From Cyanidioschyzon merolae (Eukaryota): 64,000 nt of DNA. The DNA is taken from assembly GCA_000091205.1 (NCBI GenBank), contig AP006498.2; one strand, written 5' to 3'. Shown piece after piece: positions 55,749 through 64,000 of this stretch. Both the position numbers and the translations under genes were made by a program. Positions within the stretch are counted from its first letter, which is position 1. Every line of letters begins with the position of its first letter. Under the pieces are notes generated by a model. The model searched no databases and had not been told where the DNA came from. It saw nothing but the letters and a program-made list of their open reading frames with translations.

Positions 55749-57149
55749 TCAACGATCACGCAGAACATGCGCGCCCACATGCACTGCCGCACCGAGAAAG
55801 ATGGTTATGAAGAGAATGGGCGCACCCCAGACCCCGGGAGCAGATTCTTCTTGATCGACCCCGGAAACCGGGATGGTGCTGGGTTCACGTGCAGTTGTAT
55901 CGATGGCAGCGTCAACAGCTTCTGTGATGATGGTCTGACCTTGGAGCTCGACAACAAGTCGATGAAGGCGCGAAACCAAAGGCATCATGCGAGCAGCTGC
56001 TTGCCACAACACTGGCGGCATTGACGCCTTGGATACGGTTGCGTCCTCTAAAGAAGCGGTTGATTCGAGGCCCAGAGACATGATCGAAGTATCTCCAACG
56101 TGCCAGCTTCGAATTTGCTCCAGGGCATCAATGAGTCCGGATTGGACATGGCGTGGTACGGCCTGCGCACCTGCATGATACATAAGATTGAGAAGCAGCC
56201 GCAATGCTTCCCGAAGAATCTTCACGATGAGCACCAAATGCACCAGTGATGACGCGTAATGGACCTCTCGCTGAGACTCCTCGAAGACGCCACTCAGCTC
56301 TGCGACGCGATCCCGGACACAGAGGTAGAACTGATCGATCTGACGCTGAAGCACCATCTGTGTAAGCGCACCAGCAACTGCGATATTACCTAGTGCTCCC
56401 AGTGCATAATATAGCGAGTAGAGCTGATCATCGTTACGAGCAGACGGATCCGATGTAGCCGGAAGCGGATGTCGGAGCACCGCGGATGCAGTTGTCACGG
56501 CCTCGCAGAGCAGTTCGAGAAGACGCGATCGCGCCGCCAGCGCCTCTCTTCCAGCATCAACCGTTGACAGATCGAAAATGAATCCGCATAAAAGACGGGG
56601 AATCCGCTCGTTTTTTCCCGACCAGGACTCAAATAAAGTCTCGACAAGTGCAATGATGCACGGGCGCGCTCGCAGTAGTCCCAGTGCAGCTGTCGACGGG
56701 GTTGTCGGCGCTCGCGAGACCTGCTCTTCGGGGACGGCTGCGTTGTACGCCCCAGCTTGGTTCGCGCCAATCTGGACACTGAGTTCGAGCAGTTGCGTGA
56801 GCGATGCCTGCACGAGTTTCTCGTCGTCAGGGAAGATGCTCAAGACACTCAACAGTACAAAGGTGTTCCGCGGGAGGGCGTCTATCGCCTCCCAGACCAC
56901 GAGTTTTTCCGCAGGTGTCTGGCCTTGTTTTGCCAGACATGCTGCATCGTCATCAACCTTACGTTCACCAAGCGCCTGCTGGGTATCCGTAAGTGGTGCC
57001 AGCGCTTGGTCTGTAAACACTTTCGATGGAAAGGCGCGCCCCAGTTCTGACGAGGCCGCCGACGCTGCCTGACCAGAGAGGTTCTCCTTATTTTCGGATT
57101 CCGACATCGACCACGTGAGCTCGGTATTCGACCAGTGCTTTCCGTTCAC
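55749..57149 (-). CDS. Hypothetical helical protein with a C-terminal transmembrane segment; no recognisable family.
   Basis: 466-aa ORF with non-repetitive codon-like composition. The C-terminus APILFITIFLGAAVHVGAHVL is hydrophobic. No recognisable motifs. Confidence 0.35.
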   Translation of the reverse strand: MNGKHWSNTELTWSMSESENKENLSGQAASAASSELGRAFPSKVFTDQALAPLTDTQQALGERKVDDDAACLAKQGQTPAEKLVVWEAIDALPRNTFVLLSVLSIFPDDEKLVQASLTQLLELSVQIGANQAGAYNAAVPEEQVSRAPTTPSTAALGLLRARPCIIALVETLFESWSGKNERIPRLLCGFIFDLSTVDAGREALAARSRLLELLCEAVTTASAVLRHPLPATSDPSARNDDQLYSLYYALGALGNIAVAGALTQMVLQRQIDQFYLCVRDRVAELSGVFEESQREVHYASSLVHLVLIVKILREALRLLLNLMYHAGAQAVPRHVQSGLIDALEQIRSWHVGDTSIMSLGLESTASLEDATVSKASMPPVLWQAAARMMPLVSRLHRLVVELQGQTIITEAVDAAIDTTAREPSTIPVSGVDQEESAPGVWGAPILFITIFLGAAVHVGAHVLRDR

Positions 57150-57912
57150 AGTAGCTAGATGGTTTCAAAGACACCGCAGCGACCGGCGTGCACCAAAACG
57201 GCAACGTTCGCAGACTCCGCAGCGCTTGCGTTGAACCAGCCGTCCGGTGAGATTGGAACGTCCGGGAAATCAAATATGCTGCGGTGCGCAACGCACGAGA
57301 CGCCGTGCGGCGGGGACACGGCGACGCGCATTTGAGAACGAAAATCTGGATATAAGTGTTCCAAGATTGACAAAGAGGACTAGGGCATCGCATGGTGTCC
57401 CCGGGATTCTGCCACGGAACGGGAATCTGGAAATTCGAGCCTCTGCCCCGACGAGGGCGCGCACGACAACCGGATCGAGTCGTTCGTGGCGTGTTGTAAA
57501 AAGGAAGTGCCTTTCGGAATCGCAACAACGCAGCTGCAGATGTGACGCTGCGCTGCCTGCCGCAAGTCGCCGCAACGTCGACGCCAGCGCGTACATGTTC
57601 ATGTTTCACGTAAGAGCTTCACCGCGAACGAGGCACAAGCGTGTCGTCGCTCGTCCGACAGGAGCAGTTCACGTATCAGCAGGGGCGCAGCATATTGCCC
57701 AATTTATTGGAACCATGGGGCGAATGTGCGGCGTCGGAACGTGCCCTGAGTCTTGTCCGTTGCCGTCGCCTTTCTATTCATCTGGTGCGCTCACACAGGT
57801 TCACACCAGAGTCCTTGGACCGTATGCCTATGCAATATTTAACGAATCGAGTTTCATCTATTCGTGTGCTGCTGCAGGTTGGCGATGACCCTTGGCTGCC
57901 CGCTGACGCGTC

Positions 57913-59925
57913 TCATACGAGGCCGAAGAGGCCTCCACCGCCCGACGCATACATCATTGGACGCACATCTGCGGGGTGTTCTGCTGCCTCAAACGGCACG
58001 ATCTCTGGTTTCATGTCAGGTTTCAGGCGAATGAAGGCACCGCGGTTCCCCATTTGATCGCAATAGTTTGGTGCAGAGAAGATCGTGATTAGGCGGCCGT
58101 CTGCTTCGACCTCGTATCCGTCATCTTTCATTTCGTGGCTACGGATCAGGAGCTCCAACTGATTGTCGTCAAGAAACCGCTTGGTAACATCAGGCCCGAA
58201 CGCGACACCAACGCCTCGCTTGCTGGGACCCCAGCCATGCTCCTTCTGCGGGTCACTCCAAAGCAGCTCCGCGAACAGACCAGTGCTCGGCGGTTCAACA
58301 AATCGATCCAGCCGGAGCAGATCGTCCAGCTTCACTCCGTTGCGGGAAAAGAGGCCCCCGTGCACGACCAGCGCCCGTTTTTGATTCGCACCCTCGATCA
58401 GATAGCCTAGCGGAAGCGCTTGAAAAAGTTCTTCGAAAAGCTCAAAAAAATGCTCGGAGTATTTGTGGCGGACCTCACCCTCGAATCCATAGATCTTGTT
58501 CATATTTCGCGACTCGTGGTTACCTCGAGTAAGGTGCATGCACCGTGGATCATACACCATAAACGCTAGTAAAGTCGTTACGACCTCCACGCTCCAGGAA
58601 CCCCGATCTACAAAGTCGCCATTGAACAGATATGGATTCTCTGCACTCGGTAGCCCGTTCAATTCGAAAATGCGGACCAGATCGAAGAACTGACCGTGCG
58701 TATCGCCGCATACCGTGAGCTGCGGCACAACATGCACCGGCGAGCTCGTTACAAACGAGTTGCTATCGGCGGCAGCTGGCGGAATAGGCCGTGTGAACGA
58801 GTCTCGGTGTTGCTGCGCATTCGTTGCCGACGCGTCAGTGCTCCCATCGTGGGAGTCTAGTTTGAGCTTCACGATGTTCGGGTAGCCGCGCAGCAGATCG
58901 TAGGCCGCACCAATGATCTGTAAGAGATACTTGCGATGCAGACGCTTCTGCGCTCGGAAGTGTCCCAAGAGGTCAGAACAGAACCGCTGCGTGACGGAGC
59001 CGTCACCCGCAGCAATGCGACCGGAATTGCTCTCATGCGTCGCTACTAGACGCGGGCCATCGTAGGAATCCTCAACCACAATGCCTGATACGTCGATATT
59101 GCGGCACAGCGACGCCGGCGTGTCGCGAGAGCTGTCGATGGCTGCTGAGAACGCTTCTTCACGAAGGCGCCGCTCACACTCGCGAATCTTCAAACGCACG
59201 TCTTTATCGGTTGGTGCAGCCGCAGCCGCTTTCCGGAAGTCCGCCAAAGCTAGCTTGTACTTACCAAGGGCAAAGTACGCTGCACCTCTTCGATAGAACG
59301 CTTTAGGGTACGGCTTCTTCGCCAGCTTTATTGCCAAGCCGGCATCTTTGATGGCGAATCCGTGTGCTTCAACTTTCAGGTGTGTAAACGCACGATTCGC
59401 GAAGAGAACAACGAGCAGAAAGCGGAGCGTCTCAGCCGGGCTGCTCTCATCTGCAGATTTCGCGGCGGAGCTGCCGTTCACCTGACCGTTTGCTGTAGCG
59501 CTGTCAGTGGGCTCTGCGTGCTCGTTTTCGTACAGCCCTTCGCTCAACAGTGCTACTGCTTGCGACTCGGACTCGCAGCTGAGAGCCTCTGTTGTGATAA
59601 CTCGAATTGCCTCGGTATACAGTTGAGCTGCGTGCTGGAAGCGGCAACCCTTGAACGCTTCGTTTGCATCCTCCTTTAACTTGTTTACTTTTTCAAGAAT
59701 CTCCGGGAGTCGGTCTTCCAACCTATTCAGATCCTCAGTGCCTCGCATCTTCGGACAGAAGTCCACCGCTCTGCGTGAAAACAAACGAATAGCGCTATGT
59801 CTGCCTAGCTGAACAAGCAGCGGGTCCCGCGTCGCCGCGTCTCGCCCAACCGATTGGCAGCGAATCACACTGTCCCTGCTGTGTAGACGAGATCCCTGAA
59901 ACGCTGACACATTTAGGCTTATCAT
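57913..59925 (-). CDS. PP5: Serine/threonine protein phosphatase 5 (TPR + PPP catalytic domain), with an insert between the two domains.
   Basis: TPR repeats ANRAFTHLKVEAHGFAIKDAGLAIKLAKKPYPKAFYRRGAAYFALGKYKLALADFRKA. Catalytic motifs VCGDTHGQFFDL, GDFVDRGSWSVE, LTRGNHESRNMNKIYGFEGE. The C-terminal tail is PP5-like. Confidence 0.9.
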   Translation of the reverse strand: MISLNVSAFQGSRLHSRDSVIRCQSVGRDAATRDPLLVQLGRHSAIRLFSRRAVDFCPKMRGTEDLNRLEDRLPEILEKVNKLKEDANEAFKGCRFQHAAQLYTEAIRVITTEALSCESESQAVALLSEGLYENEHAEPTDSATANGQVNGSSAAKSADESSPAETLRFLLVVLFANRAFTHLKVEAHGFAIKDAGLAIKLAKKPYPKAFYRRGAAYFALGKYKLALADFRKAAAAAPTDKDVRLKIRECERRLREEAFSAAIDSSRDTPASLCRNIDVSGIVVEDSYDGPRLVATHESNSGRIAAGDGSVTQRFCSDLLGHFRAQKRLHRKYLLQIIGAAYDLLRGYPNIVKLKLDSHDGSTDASATNAQQHRDSFTRPIPPAAADSNSFVTSSPVHVVPQLTVCGDTHGQFFDLVRIFELNGLPSAENPYLFNGDFVDRGSWSVEVVTTLLAFMVYDPRCMHLTRGNHESRNMNKIYGFEGEVRHKYSEHFFELFEELFQALPLGYLIEGANQKRALVVHGGLFSRNGVKLDDLLRLDRFVEPPSTGLFAELLWSDPQKEHGWGPSKRGVGVAFGPDVTKRFLDDNQLELLIRSHEMKDDGYEVEADGRLITIFSAPNYCDQMGNRGAFIRLKPDMKPEIVPFEAAEHPADVRPMMYASGGGGLFGLV

Positions 59926-60798
59926 GCCCGCGCTGGAAGCAGGAGCGCAGCGAACTCCTTGAAAATAAGCATTCGATAGGAGCGGGTTATGTCGACAGCG
60001 TTTACGCTGCTGGTAAACAGGGAAAATGCATCAGTCCCTCCGCGGACATTTGTAGGTTCAGGAACCCTCGGACAAGTGTCTCCGTACTCGACAGCTGGCT
60101 CTTGGCAAGACTCGTCTGGTCGGGCTCGACGTGGATGACGGAAGTGCGCAGCTCTGCTCCAGCACAAGAGACGGTTTGGGCGTAGCGTCGCGAGCAAGGT
60201 CGTCGTCTGCCGCCGAGCGTGTACACGTGAAGATGTGCTGTCGCAGGAGACAGCGCGTGCTCTGTCTGTTCGGCGACTGGGGTGCGCAGCGGCGTTGTAT
60301 GTTCCAGCAAAAGCAGCACAGGAGCACGGAAACTGCTGCTTCATTCTTGGTAGCGAGCGAGTCTCTGATAGGCCAGACAAGAAACACGAGCACGTGCACC
60401 TGCCGCAACGGCCGTCAGGTCGCGGAAGGCGATATTCCTTCACTGGCGTTGCGCATGGCCAAGTAGAGGATGCTTCACAGCCGCAACCGAAGCCGCAGTC
60501 GCGCTCCAGCATCGCTCACGGGTGAGCGCGCCCTACGAAAAGACTGCAACGCTGCAGCAGACCACCGAATCATTGTCCGGAATAACCGCTTCATACATTA
60601 GAATACTGGCCTGAGTGATGCCCACCGAACCTTCCCTCCTCATTTCGAACGACGTGCTTCAAGTTCAGGCCTGATTCAAAAAATTTCACGACCAGTACAA
60701 ACAAATGTGTGTGCTCCTGCATACTTTAAGATAGCATGGACGCTACCAGTGGCATTACATAAGCGGCGTTGTCCATAACGCAAAACGAAAGGGCGCAA

Positions 60799-61890
60799 CT
60801 AGCTCACTCTCGAAATTTGAGAGGAAGCCGGCTCTCTCGGCAATACACTTACGTTATAGCGGCAGCCGAACTGACCACCAGACTCGCCCGTTTCAAGGCA
60901 ATGCCGATAACCCGGATCAAAAGCCCAATCTTTTGGAGACAAATCACTTCGACCGAACGGATGCATGTTCTTGCACTTTTCCCACAAGTAAAGTGGGCAG
61001 TCCCATTTAAGAGCCACATAGTGCGGATTCCACGCATTTGCCCGATCTTGTATGACCTTCTTTGATCGGTCGCCACCGCCGTTGTAATAAATAACCGTAC
61101 CGGAAATGTAATCCGGCGAGTCCGCTGGACCGTGATGGAAGGTATTACGGACACGTACTGGAAAGAGGCGGCAGGGTGTGCCGCTTTCGTGAATCTTCCG
61201 TATTCGAATACTAAACTCATTGTCTTCGTAATACGCAGGAAAAATGTTTTCATCGAAGAAGCCGGCAATCTGCGCCGTTCTTCGTGAGACAACCAGCGCA
61301 GACCATAGCATTTTTCTCACGTTGCGCAACTTTGTGGGCCCCAGACAAAACTCCGGATTCTGTACAACTCTCTGCGCTTCCACGGAAACATTTCCTAGGG
61401 AACCGGGTGGCATCATGATGTCGTTGTTCAGAAGCAGCGCCCACGGCACCTTCGCTACATCAAGCATATAGCGCATGCACGTATTCCAGATGCCAACATT
61501 ACCGATGCGTTGTTTCTTGCGAATTATTGTACAAAATGGGTAGTCCTGACGTATCGTCTGTTCCAGTTCCAAGATAGAGGGATCTTCTCCAGCGAGAACG
61601 ACGACTACGTGCTTCACAGGCTCGTCGATGCTTGCTAAGAGACGAGTTGTGAAGCCGTGGTGCTCGAACTCTGCGCCAAAACATAGCATAGGAGCCCTAG
61701 CCGCGGGTTCTGCTCGTGCCTGCAGCTGCTTCGGACCAGCAATGAACGCTTTTCCGCTTCGCACCGAAAAAAAGAACGACTGGCGCCAAATAGTTAGCAC
61801 CGCGGAAAACCCCACTAGGCACGAACAGAATATGACGAGAAGCCGTCGTACGGACTTCCTCCCTGTCATTGCGATAGCGCTGTATTTCAA
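60799..61890 (-). CDS. Putative type-II membrane glycosyltransferase-like protein.
   Basis: N-terminal signal-anchor LLVIFCSCLVGFSAVLTIW. Luminal domain with FDENIFPAYYEDNEFSIRI, reminiscent of GT-A Dxx/acidic motifs. No confident family assignment. Confidence 0.3.
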   Translation of the reverse strand: MKYSAIAMTGRKSVRRLLVIFCSCLVGFSAVLTIWRQSFFFSVRSGKAFIAGPKQLQARAEPAARAPMLCFGAEFEHHGFTTRLLASIDEPVKHVVVVLAGEDPSILELEQTIRQDYPFCTIIRKKQRIGNVGIWNTCMRYMLDVAKVPWALLLNNDIMMPPGSLGNVSVEAQRVVQNPEFCLGPTKLRNVRKMLWSALVVSRRTAQIAGFFDENIFPAYYEDNEFSIRIRKIHESGTPCRLFPVRVRNTFHHGPADSPDYISGTVIYYNGGGDRSKKVIQDRANAWNPHYVALKWDCPLYLWEKCKNMHPFGRSDLSPKDWAFDPGYRHCLETGESGGQFGCRYNVSVLPREPASSQISRVS

Positions 61891-64000
61891 GTTGAATCCC
61901 GCGCAGGGTTTGTTTCAGTAATCCTTAGATTGTGGAAGCTTGCGGGGCGCTTCTGCCCAGAAAACAGAATTTTCCAGGAAGAAGAATTTTTCTCTTGAAC
62001 ACGGCCACACTGTCTGTGCCGCGGTTTCGCGACGCGCACGTGCATCTCTCGCGCCGCATTATTGGTGCATCTGACAGCGGATCGGCGGGGATTGTTTGCC
62101 GCGCCCTGAGCTGGACGAGCGCTGGAAGAGTCGAAATTTTGCAATGCGGTGATGGCGGGAGTGCGGTTGCGGCGTTTCGGGCGCATTTGCCACAGCGGCA
62201 TCGCGAGAGAATCGTCGAAGAGCTCCGAGCCCATGAGGGACGCATGAGACGGTGGAGGGTGTTTCGATTGTAAGACGCTACACGAAGATTCTACGAGCGT
62301 ATGGTTACGCAAAGCAGGGAGCGTTGCTGTTTTCTAGGGTCGTACGATCTAACGTTACACGCCCTAAGGGATACACGGCAGCAATTGATTGGATAAACAA
62401 GTTGTATTGGTACACTGCGTGACTCTGGTCTCGCGTTATGCACAACGTTCCCTAAGATATATCCGTGTTGATAACGTCTACCACAGATACTTTCACCCTG
62501 CGAGCACAGCAGCGTGCAGAGGCCTGATGGAGTGAACCTTTCGGGTGCGATGCACGGGACACAGTGCCTCACCGCTGCGTTACGACGGCCGGCTCTTAGC
62601 TGAAAGAGGAAGCTCGAGTTCCTTCTCTGCGAACGCCGTATTGGAAGCACCGCGGGACGAACGATACTTGCACAAAACACTGTATGGACAAGAGCACCGC
62701 AGGCGGACTACACTGGCTCCGAGCGCTCGGCTGGAGGCGAGCTCGTGGTTCTTCCGAGTGCTGCGTCGCGGCGAGAGGCCTCCAGAAGCGACGCGCGCTC
62801 GCAGCGACGACTGCCTCGAGCTGATGCCCGCCAGATAGTTGCCAGCCCAGTCAGCCTCCGGGCGAGCAAAGCGGCAGCTACGCATCCAGGGTCGGAGGGT
62901 GCGTCTGCTGTAGGCTCGGTACCGAGAGGAACGACGCCCATATCAGAAAAAATGGAACGGGACGACGAACTCTGGTGAACACAGAAAAGTTTGTGTGTCT
63001 TCTTATTGCCAACAAAAACATCTTTTGCAGGCTTTTCTAAGACTGTTTCCTCTTTCTCTGTTGTCTCTGGTTTTAACTGGGCCGCTCTCTGCTTTCCCTG
63101 CAGCACGGTTTTCAGGAATTGTTGGGTGATGATGGTAGCGTTCCAGGTCACTATTTCCCCGCATCCGAGTGTTTTCTACGCATTTGACGTGGAGCCGGAA
63201 GTTGCGATGTATGCTTCGCCTTCCATGTTATTCTTTTTTCTGAACAGTCACCGTGGGCGATGCCCATCAGCGACATTTGACTTTGCTCAGGTGATCCCAT
63301 ACGTCCACCATGCTTCCTCGTCCTCCAAGTGCAGCCCTGTCGCGCATAAACGCTTGCTTTATCGCTCCGTGCGTGCCCCTTTCTGGCACACCAGGTCCCG
63401 ATCGATGCATTCCTCCGTTTCCGCGCCCGGTACCATATCCCATTATCAAGCGCTTCTTCGGTGCGATCTCCTCGGCGAGTGCGCTGTTCGTTGCATGCAG
63501 ATGCGCATGCTATCCCAGCCGATAGACGATAATTCGAAAGCGACATTCTCCATGATGAAACAAGTACCGGAAGGAAAATCAAGACTGGAGACGGTCTAGA
63601 AAATTTCGACCGGTCTACGCTTCCTTCACGGAAAGCGGTGACGCACTATCAACTGCAAGCGATCGCTGCGATGATTCAAGTCCAAGATCAAGGGCCTTTT
63701 CCATGGAAAGACAAGATACAGGAGCCCCTGGGTGCACATCCCACGAGAGGTATTACGCTGCTGTCGAGTGCCGCACGTTTAAAACCCTCAAAGAGAGGAG
63801 GATTCGGCTTTCAAACAGAATAGATTACTTGACCTGACAAGTTCAGTAAACGCTCGGCATGAGCTTGTGAACAAGTCGCCAAAGGACAGCGTCGAGATTA
63901 TGTGCTGTCGCCAGTTCAGCATCCCGCAGTACTGCCTCAACAATTTGCCGTGAGACCAAAGGAATCGAAAGCTTGAAGAATGCTTGATTTGAGCATGCTA

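Noticed and set aside
62991-63599. 202-aa plus-strand ORF near the window end, and the overlapping minus-strand ORFs at 62291-63151.
   Set aside because: No recognisable domains. The strands are mutually exclusive and sequence complexity is low. Evidence is insufficient to call a gene.
1-64000. Prokaryotic interpretation, i.e. operons, a defence island or an IS element.
   Set aside because: Gene content is eukaryotic housekeeping: COPI, TFIIH, UTP23, PP5, an SLC25 carrier. Coding density is about 55 %, with kb-scale intergenic regions and no Shine-Dalgarno or operon structure. The TnpB-like ORFs are therefore interpreted in a eukaryotic (Fanzor-type) context.

Overview
This 64-kb window looks like nuclear DNA from a GC-rich, gene-dense, apparently intron-poor eukaryote; it is not a prokaryotic locus. 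About 20 long, uninterrupted ORFs encode conserved eukaryotic housekeeping proteins. These include COPI gamma, XPD/ERCC2, UTP23, PP5, PDX1, an SLC25 carrier, a Sen1/Upf1-like helicase and a polyprenol reductase. Several genes point to a plastid-bearing alga: a ferredoxin-thioredoxin reductase variable subunit with a transit-peptide-like N-terminus, a bacterial-type MutS1 with an organellar-type N-terminal extension, and a bacterial-type LpxD. A cyanidiophyte-like or prasinophyte-like architecture is a guess only. Genes sit about 3 kb apart on both strands. I could not identify any rRNA or tRNA genes by eye. Three things stand out. (i) Two diverged paralogous ORFs (28005-28943 and 40965-41657) carry the C-terminal RuvC-II / zinc-finger / RuvC-III signature of TnpB/Fanzor-type proteins, i.e. 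the eukaryotic OMEGA RNA-guided nuclease family. In both copies the predicted catalytic residues and the CxxC pairs are substituted. Copy 1 lies in an AT-shifted block preceded by frame-broken ORFs. Copy 2 is preceded by a small MerR-like HTH ORF, which recalls IS607-type organisation. (ii) A dispersed repeat family of roughly 0.4-0.9 kb occurs at least four times; two copies are about 99 % identical over roughly 380 bp. (iii) A perfect-period 120-bp tandem satellite of about 9 units lies at 34650-35740. Many antisense or out-of-frame ORFs in the supplied track are GC-driven artefacts and are not annotated.
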